Assembly (NCBI GenBank): GCA_963674965.2
Contig: CAXXFL010000005.1
Location: 384,001-448,000 of the forward strand
Length of the DNA stretch: 64,000 nt
From: a bacterium
GTDB taxonomy: Bacteria > RBG-13-61-14 > DATKZS01
Reading direction: 5' to 3'
Position numbers and translations under genes: made by a program. Of this stretch, positions 47,926-58,086 are shown one piece after another. Numbering within the stretch: the stretch's first letter is position 1; each line of letters begins with the position of its first letter. Under the pieces are notes generated by a model that had not been told where the DNA came from, ran no database searches, and saw only the letters and a program-made list of their open reading frames with translations.

Positions 47926-50190
47926 ATGAGAGCAAAGAGGCTGATAGTTATCGCGTTCCTCATGATCGCGCCGGTTCTTTCCGCGGGCGCGTCTCCACCG
48001 AAGATACCGGACCTTGAAGGTTCCCAGATGAAAATTCCCTGGAGCGACTTCAAGAAAATCCTCGAGATGATCCAGCCGGAGGAAAAGAAGCCGGAAGAGG
48101 TGAAGGAGCCGGTCCCGCCCGCTCCCTTCGTGCTGACCTCGGCCAGGTACGAGGGAAGGCTCGAGGCCGACGCGGCCGTTTTCGACGCCTCCATCGAGTT
48201 CACCGTGCTCGATAAAAAGCAATGGCTCGAGATACCGGTATTGAACGAGTCCCTGGCGGTCGAGGAGGTGAAGCTCGACGGCGAGCCCGTGCTGATCGAG
48301 ATTAAAAACGGATGGCACGGGGTACTGATCCAGTCGCCGGGCAAGCATACCTTAAAGGCCCGCTTTTACGTGCCCTTTGGAAACGCCCGGGGACCGAGGT
48401 CGCTCTCGCTGAGCGTGGCGAGGACGCCCGTTACGACCTTGTCCTTCAAGGTGGACGAGCCGGGCCTGGATATCAAGGCCTCGCCGGCCAACGTGAACAA
48501 GGTCACCAGCGACGAGAAATCCTCCAGCCTCGAGTCGGTCATCGTGGGAGCGGACCGGATATCCATAAGCTGGAGCAAGAAGGTCGAGACCGAGGGGGCC
48601 AGGCTGCGGCTGAACGCCGAGGTCGAGTCGCTGGTCAGCATTGGCGAGCGTCTTTGCCAGCTCGAGTCGGTGATTAAATACGAGATACTCCACAAGGGCG
48701 TGACGGGTTTTCGCTTCTCCCTCCCCAAGGACGTCTCGGTTGTGGACGTGACCGGCGTGGGAGTGGCGGACTGGAAATCGAGCGAGGAAGGCGACAAGCA
48801 GGTGGTCGAGGTCGGGCTTAATTTCGAGGCCAAGGGCGGCTACCATTTAAGGGTCCTCTACGAGACCGCCCTGCCCGACGCCACGGCCAAGGTGGAAGTG
48901 CCCGAGCTTACGGTACTCGACGTGAACCGAGAGATCGGATACCTGGGAGTCGTGGCCCTTACCAACATCGAGCTGGACATCGGCGAGACCTCGGAGCTGG
49001 CCTCAACCGACGTGTCCATGCTGCCCGGCGGCATGCCCGCCAGGTCGGCCACGCCCCTGCTCTACGGATTTAAATATATCGACCATCCCTGGTCCCTCGC
49101 CATCCAGTCCATCAAGCATCAGAACGTGGACCTCCTGACCAGCACCGTGGATGAAGCCAACCTTACCAGCCTGCTCACCAAGGACGGAGAGCTGGTTACC
49201 CGAGCGCGATACACCATCCGGAACAACCGGAGACAGTTCATGCGGATGAAGCTCCCTCAAGGCTCCCGCGTGTTCAGCACCTTCCGGGACGGAAGGCCCG
49301 TGCAGCCGGCCAGGGACAAGGAAGGCAACCTGCTCATTCCCCTCGAGAAGTCCTCCGGCGAGACGGGAGAGGCCAGGTCTTTTACCCTCGAGGTGACCTA
49401 CCTTGAGGAACTGTCCAAGAAGATGGATAAAAAAGGTAAAGTGAAGCTGAACGCTCCCGAGATCGACCTCCTGGCCAACTCCATCTCCTGGAGCCTGTTC
49501 ACTCCCAGGGATTATAAATACGAAGTGGATGAGACCACTTTGGAGTACCTCGAGGAACCCGAGGGTGAACAAACAATAATAAAACCGGTCCTTCCCGATA
49601 CGGGTAGAAGTGATTTCGAGGGCGATAAATACAGGGCGGATCATAAAAAGAACTACGGTCCCATAAAAGCAGCCACGAGCGGGAAACAGACGTATTCAAC
49701 CACCGATAACGAGGCAAAGGGCGATGGTGACGGATGGGTAAGGCTTGTAAATGTCGATAGCGACGAATACATGCAAAACGCTTTTGTGTTTACTTCCGGG
49801 TCCGACTCGTGGAATCAAGATGACTTAGTAATGCTTGTACAAACCAACGTCTCCCAATTCCAGAGTGAGGACCAGGTCCAGGCGACTCTTCCCGTTCGTT
49901 TTATCGTTCCCCAGGTCGGCGTGCTCCTGAAATTCAACAAGACCATAATCCAGGAGAATGAATCCAACTCGATCGAGATATCTTATAAAAAGAAGACCGA
50001 GACGCTAAAGAAGGCATGGAAAAAGATAGAGCCCATAATTCCGCACTTGACGATTTTATTCTGGGTCATACTTCCCGTGTTGCTGGTGGTCTGGATTTTC
50101 AGAAAGATCGTCATCGGGGAGCGGATCGCGAAAAAGGCGGCCGCGAGCGAGGCCAAGACCGAGGTCCGGGCTGAAAAGGAGGACAAGTGA
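47926..50190 (+). CDS. Large exported, C-terminally membrane-anchored protein of unknown function
   Basis: Signal peptide, beta-rich body, C-terminal TM with basic tail; paralog of the next gene. Confidence 0.85.
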   Translation: MRAKRLIVIAFLMIAPVLSAGASPPKIPDLEGSQMKIPWSDFKKILEMIQPEEKKPEEVKEPVPPAPFVLTSARYEGRLEADAAVFDASIEFTVLDKKQWLEIPVLNESLAVEEVKLDGEPVLIEIKNGWHGVLIQSPGKHTLKARFYVPFGNARGPRSLSLSVARTPVTTLSFKVDEPGLDIKASPANVNKVTSDEKSSSLESVIVGADRISISWSKKVETEGARLRLNAEVESLVSIGERLCQLESVIKYEILHKGVTGFRFSLPKDVSVVDVTGVGVADWKSSEEGDKQVVEVGLNFEAKGGYHLRVLYETALPDATAKVEVPELTVLDVNREIGYLGVVALTNIELDIGETSELASTDVSMLPGGMPARSATPLLYGFKYIDHPWSLAIQSIKHQNVDLLTSTVDEANLTSLLTKDGELVTRARYTIRNNRRQFMRMKLPQGSRVFSTFRDGRPVQPARDKEGNLLIPLEKSSGETGEARSFTLEVTYLEELSKKMDKKGKVKLNAPEIDLLANSISWSLFTPRDYKYEVDETTLEYLEEPEGEQTIIKPVLPDTGRSDFEGDKYRADHKKNYGPIKAATSGKQTYSTTDNEAKGDGDGWVRLVNVDSDEYMQNAFVFTSGSDSWNQDDLVMLVQTNVSQFQSEDQVQATLPVRFIVPQVGVLLKFNKTIIQENESNSIEISYKKKTETLKKAWKKIEPIIPHLTILFWVILPVLLVVWIFRKIVIGERIAKKAAASEAKTEVRAEKEDK

Positions 50191-52523
50191 TGTCCAGTTG
50201 GATGAAGGCGCTTTTGACGGCGATGATAACCGCGTCGGTATTGTTCACCGGTCCGGCCTTTTCCAAGGACCTTCCCTCGCTCGAGGACGGCCAGGTGATA
50301 ATGAAATGGGACGACTTCGAGAAGATACTAAAGGAGCTTCTAAAAGAGGAGAAGAAACCGGAGGAGGAAAAACCCAAGATCGTCCCTCCCCGCGATTATT
50401 CGCTAAAGGGCGCGTCCTTTACGATCGAGATCAAGGACGGCTTTGCCCAAGTGCAAGGCGAGTACGCCCTTGACGTGCTGGCCGATGACAAATGGGTCTC
50501 GGTTCCCGTCGGCGGATACAACGGCGGCATGAGCGAGGTTTTGGTGGACGGGGAGCCGGCGCTCATCCACGACGAGGGCGGACGCCTTTCCATCCTGCTT
50601 CTGGGCAAGGGCTCGAGACGGGTACGAGCGAGCTACGCCGTGGCCGCTCCCAAGGACCCGGGACCCAACCGGTTCAACGTTTCCACGGCCGACTTCGCCG
50701 GGGCCATGATAAATCTCGAGACCCCCCTCGAGCTGTCCGACGTTTCCATCCAGGGCGCGGTCATCGTCGAGACTAAAGAGGCGGATAAGAAGCGGACGAT
50801 CAGGGCCGTCATCGGCGGCGGCTCCGGCCTCACCGTCAATTATAACGTCCCGGTCAAGGAGGCGGGGGCGGCCGAGGCGGAGAAGCTTCCGCCCAAGATT
50901 TATTCCGAGGTCGAGATACTGGTGTCCATAGCGGACGAGGTGGTCAAGGCCAACGCGTCTTTCCGCTTCGACGTGAAGCACTCGCCCGTGTCCAAGTTCG
51001 AGATGGAAGTTCCCAAGGGCTACGAGGTGGTAAACGTGATCGGCAACTGCGTTTCCAACTGGAAGGCCGAGGCGGGCAAGCTGGCCATCAACGTGGGCTA
51101 CGAGGTCAAGGGGACCTACGTGGCCACGGTCCAGCTCGAGGCCAAGCGGGAGAAGGCCTCGGGGGTCGTCACCATCCCGGAGCCAAAGACCCTGGGCGTC
51201 GAGCGCGAGTCGGGCTTCGTGGCGGTCGAGACGCGCTCGAGCCTCGAGGTCGAGATCGACAAGACCGACGGGCTTTTGCTTATTGACGCCACCGAGCTTC
51301 CCCCCGGTCTCGGCGGGTCCTTCGTCAACCCGAACGTGGGCGGCCCGACCGCCAACGCCGTATGGAACGATATGGGCCGGGCCCGATATCCCGTGCTTTA
51401 CGCCTTCCGCTTCGGCCGGCATCCCTACTCGGGAGAGCTGTCGGTCACGCGTCACGAGGAGGTCGAGATACTGTCGGCCGCCATCGACACGGCCAACATG
51501 GTCACCCTTTTCACGGACGACGGAAAGTCGGTCACGCGGGTGATATACGAGATCAGGAACAACAAGCGCCAGTACATCAAGATCGACCTTCCCCAGGGCG
51601 CCGAGGTATGGAGCGCCTATCTGGACCAGCAGCCCATCAAGCCCGCGAGAAACGCCGAGGGCAGGCTGCTGCTTCCGCTTAAGAAATCGGGATCGGACGG
51701 GTCCAAGGTCAGCTTCACGGTCGAGCTTATCTACATGGCGCCCATCTCGAAGATGGAGGAAAAGGGCAAGATCGAGACCTCCTATCCCAAGGCCGACATA
51801 CCGGCCTCGGAAATGCTGGTGTCCCTGTACCTGCCCGACAAGTTCGAGTACGACGAGTTCGAGGGCGACCTGGATGAGGAAAGATTCTGGTTGGGCCAGT
51901 TCGGAGTAACTTCCGGGGCAAACTTTGTTGAAAACGGCCGCGTGGCACAACCCGCGTCTGGAATCGAAGCTCTTGGATACGTCAACGAGGAGAAAGCGCA
52001 AGGCAAGAAGGCCAAATATTCCATGCGGGCCTTAAACCGTCAGGCCGAGCTCGAAAGGGAGATAGCCGACGAGATACAAATGCAGCAGCAGGCCGTCAAC
52101 GCGCCCTTTGACCTGAGCCAGGTCTCGGACGGCCAGGCCGTGACCAGTACCCGCTCGGGCATGTTGCCGGTCAAGTTCAACGTGCCCCTGAGGGGAACGG
52201 TCCATCGCTTGTCCAAATTAATCGTAATCGACGAGGCGCCCGCGCTGTCGTTCGAGTTCAAGAAGAAAAAGGACCCCTTCCCCTGGAGCGCGGTGAAGAA
52301 GGCCCTGTGGGTGCTTTTTGTCATCCTTATTTTCGCGGGACTGTTCTACCTGGTGGCCCTTATAAGAAGGAAATCCGGGCAGGCCAAGGTGGCCCTGGAG
52401 AAGGCCCGGGCCGAGTATAACGCGTCGGCCGCGGCCAGGGCCGCCCAGGCGCCTCCGCCCGCCGCTCAGCCCTCCGAGCCGCCGCCTCTGAAGGGGGCGG
52501 ACGATCTTGGCCGAGGCGCATGA
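50187..52523 (+). CDS. Paralogous large exported, membrane-anchored protein
   Basis: GTGA overlap; shared motifs W.DF.KIL, Y.IRNN.RQ, LL.PL.KS, LPV.F.VP..G. Confidence 0.85.
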   Translation: MMSSWMKALLTAMITASVLFTGPAFSKDLPSLEDGQVIMKWDDFEKILKELLKEEKKPEEEKPKIVPPRDYSLKGASFTIEIKDGFAQVQGEYALDVLADDKWVSVPVGGYNGGMSEVLVDGEPALIHDEGGRLSILLLGKGSRRVRASYAVAAPKDPGPNRFNVSTADFAGAMINLETPLELSDVSIQGAVIVETKEADKKRTIRAVIGGGSGLTVNYNVPVKEAGAAEAEKLPPKIYSEVEILVSIADEVVKANASFRFDVKHSPVSKFEMEVPKGYEVVNVIGNCVSNWKAEAGKLAINVGYEVKGTYVATVQLEAKREKASGVVTIPEPKTLGVERESGFVAVETRSSLEVEIDKTDGLLLIDATELPPGLGGSFVNPNVGGPTANAVWNDMGRARYPVLYAFRFGRHPYSGELSVTRHEEVEILSAAIDTANMVTLFTDDGKSVTRVIYEIRNNKRQYIKIDLPQGAEVWSAYLDQQPIKPARNAEGRLLLPLKKSGSDGSKVSFTVELIYMAPISKMEEKGKIETSYPKADIPASEMLVSLYLPDKFEYDEFEGDLDEERFWLGQFGVTSGANFVENGRVAQPASGIEALGYVNEEKAQGKKAKYSMRALNRQAELEREIADEIQMQQQAVNAPFDLSQVSDGQAVTSTRSGMLPVKFNVPLRGTVHRLSKLIVIDEAPALSFEFKKKKDPFPWSAVKKALWVLFVILIFAGLFYLVALIRRKSGQAKVALEKARAEYNASAAARAAQAPPPAAQPSEPPPLKGADDLGRGA

Positions 52524-52747
52524 CGAGAACGTGCCAGGATGTTTTTTATCCGACCCCATCGAGGCCGCCATACGCTGCGGCGCCTTGTTGTAGGCTTCTC
52601 AGCCTGAGGCCATTCAGGCTGCCCCCCGCGGGGTTAATCGCGGAAAAATTCGATTGACTTGGAATGTCAGTCGGATATAATCGAAACGTCATAAGCGGAG
52701 AGTATTCGGAAACGATCGGGGCCTTGGCCAGGATATGAGTCCGGCGC

Positions 52748-53185
52748 ATGAATGAAGAAGAAAAGAGCCGTTTCGTTAGACTTTTCGAGCGAAAATCGTT
52801 TCGCGTCGTAAGAGTGGCCGCCCCTGTCTCTATCTCTTTGCTCATTCCTCTCATCTTTCTGTTTAACTATTATTTTAACCGCAATCCAACCGATATCAAT
52901 TCTGAACGCCCTGAAAACAATGTCTATCTCTCAATATGGTTTGCCGAGAATGTAGTTGGCGGCCATAGTCCAATCACTCAAGTAATATTTTTTATATTCT
53001 ATGTTGCGGCTGGTTGTGTAGGTTCGTTTTTGCTTTTTATGCATTTATCAGCGCTATTTGAAAAAATCAAGGAAGATAAAATACGGGCGGGGTTTAAGGT
53101 CATATCCTATTTTATTTTAATTATCCTACTTTCATCGTTTTTGTCGATTCCATTAATAATGTTGCGAGGGGTTTTACTATATTGA
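52748..53185 (+). CDS. AT-rich small membrane protein
   Basis: Three hydrophobic segments; composition differs from flanks. Confidence 0.55.
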   Translation: MNEEEKSRFVRLFERKSFRVVRVAAPVSISLLIPLIFLFNYYFNRNPTDINSERPENNVYLSIWFAENVVGGHSPITQVIFFIFYVAAGCVGSFLLFMHLSALFEKIKEDKIRAGFKVISYFILIILLSSFLSIPLIMLRGVLLY

Positions 53186-53463
53186 AAAAGTTTGTTTTTA
53201 TTTTTAGCCTGCCGTTGATTTTAATCGGCTCTCGTCCCGCTTTGGCTACTGATATATATATACCAGAGGACTTGGCCGTCATATTTTTTATAATAAATTA
53301 TACCGCATGCATGGCTTTCTTAATCGCTCTGATATTGATACTATTAGAGCTTCTATTCAAGAGGCCTTTACTATATAAAACGTTATTGATTCTTTTTTCG
53401 ATCTTGGTTTCGGCTTACATCATTGGAACGGTTCACTTTTATATATTCAAGTTTATTTTGTAA
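53182..53463 (+). CDS. AT-rich small membrane protein
   Basis: TTG start overlapping the previous stop; signal-like N-terminus and two TM segments. Confidence 0.45.
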   Translation: MKKFVFIFSLPLILIGSRPALATDIYIPEDLAVIFFIINYTACMAFLIALILILLELLFKRPLLYKTLLILFSILVSAYIIGTVHFYIFKFIL

Positions 53464-53526
53464 TTTCGCCATGAGTCCAGACATCACGTTATTGCTTGAT
53501 TCTCTAACGGAGTATTGGTGACGTTT

Positions 53527-54279
53527 ATGACCGATCGCCTCGATCGTTTTTCCCGTCAGATGGCTTTCCCCGGCATTGGGGAGGCGGGACAAAAGCGCCT
53601 TCTTGCCGCCAGGGTGGCGGTGGTGGGGTGCGGAGGGCTGGGCTCGACCCTGGCCGCCTGCATGGGCAGGGCCGGGATAGGCGGGTTGACCCTTATCGAC
53701 GGCGACGTGGTGGACCTGACCAACCTTCACCGCCAGTTCATGTTCGACGAGAAGGACGCCGAGGCGGGGACCAACAAGGCCATGGCCGCGGCGGCCAAGC
53801 TGCGTCAGGCCGACTCGGGCCTCGAGGTCGAGGCCGTCGCCGTCCGGCTGGAGCGGGGCAACGCGGACGAGCTTCTTTCCGGCCACGACCTTATCCTTGA
53901 CGGCCTGGACAACATGGCGGCCAGGTATATTCTTAACGACTGGTGCATGAGGAACGAGGTCCCCTGGATTTACGGCGGCGTTGCCGGCTCGAGCGGCATG
54001 GTGATGGTCGTCCGGCCCGGTCTCTCGGCCTGCCTCGAGTGCGCCTTCCCGGGGAAGGGCGAGGAAAAGGCCGAGGCCGGCGAGGAGTTGTCTTCCCTTG
54101 GCGTGATCAACCCTCTTCCCGCCCACGTGGCCGCCATCCAGTGCGCCGAGGCCCAGAAACTGCTGGTGGGATCGGGAGAAATATTATCGGGCCTTAAGTT
54201 CGTGGACCTGTGGTCGGGCGAGTGTCGGGTGATTTCCATCAACCGGAGGCCGGGGTGTTCATGCGCGCGTTTGAGATAA
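53527..54279 (+). CDS. ThiF/MoeB-family adenylyltransferase
   Basis: RFSRQ, GCGGLG, DGDVVDLTNLHRQ, DGLDN..ARY, CLEC, CSC. Confidence 0.9.
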   Translation: MTDRLDRFSRQMAFPGIGEAGQKRLLAARVAVVGCGGLGSTLAACMGRAGIGGLTLIDGDVVDLTNLHRQFMFDEKDAEAGTNKAMAAAAKLRQADSGLEVEAVAVRLERGNADELLSGHDLILDGLDNMAARYILNDWCMRNEVPWIYGGVAGSSGMVMVVRPGLSACLECAFPGKGEEKAEAGEELSSLGVINPLPAHVAAIQCAEAQKLLVGSGEILSGLKFVDLWSGECRVISINRRPGCSCARLR

Positions 54280-54306
54280 GCTCGATTTCGGTTTAAAAGT
54301 ATATTC

Positions 54307-55296
54307 ATGGCGAACAAGCAAATACTCCACTATGAGGTCGGCTCCCTTATCGGCGTGGGCGGCATGAGCAAGGTCTATAAGGGTACCGACGTCAAGCTGG
54401 GCCGTCCCGTGGCCATCAAGGTCTTGAAGCCCAACCTCACGGGCACGCCGGACCTGGTCGAGCGCTTCAAGAAGGAGGCACGGTTCCAGGCGGGCCTGGC
54501 CCACCCCGGCATCGTGTCCGTCCACGACTACCACGCCGACGGCAACCTGCTTTGCATTATCATGGAGTTCGTGGAGGGCATGTCCGTCTCGAAGCTCATC
54601 AAGTCCTCCGGCGGCCCCCTCCCCCTCGAGTTCTGCCTCGAGGTGATGGCCCAGGTGCTGGCGGCCGTGGACTACGCCCACCAGCAGGGCGTGATCCATC
54701 GCGACATGAAGCCGTCCAATATCATCGTCCAGGACCTGGGCGGCCAGACCCTGGCCCGGGTGGTCGACTTCGGCATTGCCAAGCTGGCCGACGCCGGACC
54801 GGGCATGACCGCGGCCGACGACATCTTAGGCACCGTGCATTACATGTCGCCCGAGCAGATCGAGTCGTCCATGTCCGTCACCAAGCTGACGGACGTTTAC
54901 TCCCTGGGCGTTACCCTCTATAAGATGGTAACCGGCAAGGTCCCCTTCGACAGCCAAAGCGACGCCAGGACCATGGCCATGATAGACGAGGGCAAACCCG
55001 CCCCCCCAAGAGAGATAAACCCGCATATCGGCGAGGACCTGGAAAAGGTCATACTGAGGGCCATGGCCCGTGACCCGGAAAAAAGGTACCAGTCCTGCGC
55101 CGAGTTCGCGGCCACACTCAAAGCCGTGCAGACGAAAATGGCGTCCGAGTCCGAACAAGTACCGCAAGTTGAGGAGCCGGCCCAGGAGCAAAGTTCGGAT
55201 CAGGAAAAACCGGGCAAGATGAAATGGCTGGCGCCTCTTTTGGCCGCCCTGGCGGCGATGGCGGCGGCGGTTTATTTCCTGTTCTTTTTCAAGTGA
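54307..55296 (+). CDS. Hanks-type Ser/Thr protein kinase with C-terminal TM
   Basis: GVGGMSKVY, VAIK, HRDMKPSN, DFG, YMSPEQ, DVYSLG. Confidence 0.95.
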   Translation: MANKQILHYEVGSLIGVGGMSKVYKGTDVKLGRPVAIKVLKPNLTGTPDLVERFKKEARFQAGLAHPGIVSVHDYHADGNLLCIIMEFVEGMSVSKLIKSSGGPLPLEFCLEVMAQVLAAVDYAHQQGVIHRDMKPSNIIVQDLGGQTLARVVDFGIAKLADAGPGMTAADDILGTVHYMSPEQIESSMSVTKLTDVYSLGVTLYKMVTGKVPFDSQSDARTMAMIDEGKPAPPREINPHIGEDLEKVILRAMARDPEKRYQSCAEFAATLKAVQTKMASESEQVPQVEEPAQEQSSDQEKPGKMKWLAPLLAALAAMAAAVYFLFFFK

Positions 55297-55473
55297 TCTT
55301 TTGGGGGGCCCTACGCCCCCCGTTCCATAAAGCGCCATGGTTTTCGAGTTTTAGACGACTTTCCCCCGCCCTGACAATGAGGATGCCACCCGTACCCTTC
55401 CCGGCTTCACGCCTATCATCCTTTTATTCGTTGATTTTCCCGGCATATGGATGTAACTTTATATAGCGTACAA

Positions 55474-55628
55474 AGCTGAAGGGATAACTTCCAGCTATCG
55501 TTTTTCGGGTGACCCACATGGCCTGGCCGTGTGGGCGAATTTTGTCGCGGGATTGGCGTTCGGCCTCCCGCTTATTTATAACGGCGCTTTACGCGGGTTA
55601 CCCGGCGAGCCATGCACCCCCTTCAGTT
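55474..55628 (+). promoter_or_regulatory. Candidate structured cis-regulatory RNA leader
   Basis: Four stems with G-U pairs on the + strand, ending about 30 nt before the ATG at 55658. Confidence 0.5.
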
Positions 55629-55657
55629 ATTTTTATATCAAGTAGCGTCTCGGGACA

Positions 55658-56329
55658 ATGAAACTTAGTAAAAACGACGTCGCGGAAATTCTCAGACTCC
55701 CCGTCAGCACGATAGAGAGGTGGATAAGGCAGGGCTCGATACCCTACAACAAGTCGGGCGGCGAGTGCGTATTTTACAGCGATAAAATCGAGGCCTGGGC
55801 CAAATCCAAGCGCCTTGCGATCCATGGAAAAAACGACGCCCCGGCGCGGCCCCCGGCGGTGGAGGACTTGAGGGTCGCGGGCTGCATGGAGAAGGGCGGC
55901 TTTTTTTACGGGCTGCGCTGCGCCGACGCGGTCTCGGCGATCACTCAGGCCTGCGAGCGGCTGCCCTTCGGGGAGGAGGCCAGGCTCGAGATACTCGAGG
56001 CCCTGATCGCGCGCGAGAAGCTGGCCTCCACCGGCGTGGGCAAGGGCGTGGCCATTCCCCACCCGAGAACGCCCCAGGAAAGGCACGTTACGGAACCCAT
56101 GATCGTGACCTGTTTCCTCGAGGAGCCGGTTGATTTTTCCTCGGTTGACGAACTGCCCGTAAGCGTCGTCTTTTTGCTTTTGTCCCCCGACCTGAAAACC
56201 CACTTGAAGGCCCTGTCCATGCTCGCGCGTCTTCTTGGCGACGATTCCTTCGTCTCCTTCTTGAAAACCGCCCCCCGGGGCGAAGCTCTACTCGAGGAAG
56301 TAGCCAGGCGTGAGGCCGGAAACGACTGA
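55658..56329 (+). CDS. HTH (excisionase-like) plus PTS EIIA(Ntr/Fru)-domain protein
   Basis: VAEILRLPVSTIERWIRQGSIP; REKLASTGVGKGVAIPHPR. Confidence 0.88.
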   Translation: MKLSKNDVAEILRLPVSTIERWIRQGSIPYNKSGGECVFYSDKIEAWAKSKRLAIHGKNDAPARPPAVEDLRVAGCMEKGGFFYGLRCADAVSAITQACERLPFGEEARLEILEALIAREKLASTGVGKGVAIPHPRTPQERHVTEPMIVTCFLEEPVDFSSVDELPVSVVFLLLSPDLKTHLKALSMLARLLGDDSFVSFLKTAPRGEALLEEVARREAGND

Positions 56330-56349
56330 CGCCGCGGCCAGTAGTCATT

Positions 56350-58065
56350 ATGAACTTGAAGAAGCTTCTGGATCGACTTGGTTTTTACCCGGCGGAAACC
56401 AAGCTGAAGCTGATTTTTCTCGGGTCCATCGTCGGCCTCCTGGCCGGTTTCGCCGGCTTCGCCCTGAACACCAGCATCCTCTTCCTCGAGCGTCATCTGA
56501 CCGTCCTGCGTCCTTATTGGTGGTCCTTTATTATTCCCGGCGCGGGCGCGGCCCTGTCTTACTTTTTTCTCGAGAAGATATTGAACGAGGGCGCGGGACA
56601 CGGCGTTCCCGAGGTGATTTACAGCGTCTCGAGGAAGGGCGGCCTCATCCGGGCCCGGTCCATCTTCTCGAGGATAATATCGAGCGGCCTCACCATAGGC
56701 AGCGGCGGCTCGGCCGGTCCCGAGGCCCCCATCATCATGAGCGGGGCGGCCATCGGCTCGAACTTCGCCCGTTTTTTAAAACTCAACGAGCGGGAGCGGA
56801 TCAACATGGTGGGATGCGGCTCGGCCGCCGCCATAGCCTCGATCTTCAACGCTCCCATCGCGGGCATGGTCTTTACCCTCGAGGTGGTGCTGGGGGAATG
56901 GACGGCCGTGAACATCGTTCCCATCGCCGTGGCCTCGGTGGCGGGCGCCGAGCTTTCCCGCGTCCTTCGCGGCAACCAGATCGCCTTTTCCCATGAGTCT
57001 TTCGCCATCGGGCCGGGCGCCATAGTGGCCGCCGTCGTCCTGGCCCTTTTCACCTCCGCCGCCGCGCTGGGCATGACCCGCGCTCTCAGGAAGAGCCACG
57101 CTCTCTGGCACAAGGTCGAGCTTTCTCCCTGGGCCCGCGCCTTCGCGGGAGGCTGCCTGGTGGGAGGCCTCGGCCTGGCCATGCCCATGGTGCTGGGTGA
57201 GGGCTACCACGCCGTGAGCGACGCCGTGACCGGGGATTTCCATCCTGGTTTCGCCCTGGTCGCGGTCCTGGTGCTGGCCAAGATACTGGCCACGGCGACG
57301 ACCCTTGGCTCGGGCGGCTCGGGGGGGATATTTGCCCCCTGCCTGGTGGTTGGAGGGTTCGCCGGCCTGGCTTATTACAGGGGCGTGGGGCTGGTCCTGC
57401 CGGGAATCGACCTGGGGGCGGAGGGACTCTTCGCGCTCCTGGGCATGGCGGGAATGATTGGGGGCATGCTCCAGGCCCCGCTGACGGCCATCTTTCTCAT
57501 CGTCGAGGTCACGGGGGACTATAACGTTATCCTGCCCCTTATCATGGTGTCCGTTCTCTCCTCGACCATCTGCAGCATATTCGAGCCGAACTCCTACTAC
57601 CTTCGGGACCTCGAGGACAGCGGACACCTTTTGCGGGTGGGAACGGACGCCCGCATACTGGCCGACCTTCGCGTGGCCGAGATGCTCGACCGCGACTGCA
57701 TGGTGGTCTCGGACAAGATGAAGCTGGGGGAGTTCGTGGACGTGGTCAAGAAGTCCAGCAGGAACTTCTTTCCCGTCGAGGACGAGGACACGGGCAAGTT
57801 TCTGGGCATGATTCACCTGGACCAGGTGCGCCCGTATTTATTCAGCCGGGAGATGTACGACGTGGTGCTCATTTGCGAGATCATGGACGCGAAGCCGGCG
57901 GTGGTCGCTCCCGACGACTCCTTGACGGAGGTGCTCGAGAAGATGGAGGCCACCAGGTCCATCAGGCTGCCCGTGGTCGACGGGGACAAGTATCTGGGCA
58001 TGGTCTCGAAGGTGGCCGCCCTCGACCGCTACCGCAAGGAACTGATCGTGCAGACCGAGAAATAG
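56350..58065 (+). CDS. ClC-family chloride channel/antiporter with CBS pair
   Basis: GHGVPEV, GGSAGPEAP, FNAPIAG, GGSGGIFAP, APLTAI; two CBS domains. Confidence 0.92.
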   Translation: MNLKKLLDRLGFYPAETKLKLIFLGSIVGLLAGFAGFALNTSILFLERHLTVLRPYWWSFIIPGAGAALSYFFLEKILNEGAGHGVPEVIYSVSRKGGLIRARSIFSRIISSGLTIGSGGSAGPEAPIIMSGAAIGSNFARFLKLNERERINMVGCGSAAAIASIFNAPIAGMVFTLEVVLGEWTAVNIVPIAVASVAGAELSRVLRGNQIAFSHESFAIGPGAIVAAVVLALFTSAAALGMTRALRKSHALWHKVELSPWARAFAGGCLVGGLGLAMPMVLGEGYHAVSDAVTGDFHPGFALVAVLVLAKILATATTLGSGGSGGIFAPCLVVGGFAGLAYYRGVGLVLPGIDLGAEGLFALLGMAGMIGGMLQAPLTAIFLIVEVTGDYNVILPLIMVSVLSSTICSIFEPNSYYLRDLEDSGHLLRVGTDARILADLRVAEMLDRDCMVVSDKMKLGEFVDVVKKSSRNFFPVEDEDTGKFLGMIHLDQVRPYLFSREMYDVVLICEIMDAKPAVVAPDDSLTEVLEKMEATRSIRLPVVDGDKYLGMVSKVAALDRYRKELIVQTEK

Positions 58066-58086
58066 GACCGATAAAAGGAGAAGAAA

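Noticed and set aside
55474-58065. Fluoride riboswitch with CLC-F exporter
   Set aside because: No crcB-motif consensus; ClC lacks GNNLI, GREGT and GEVTP signatures
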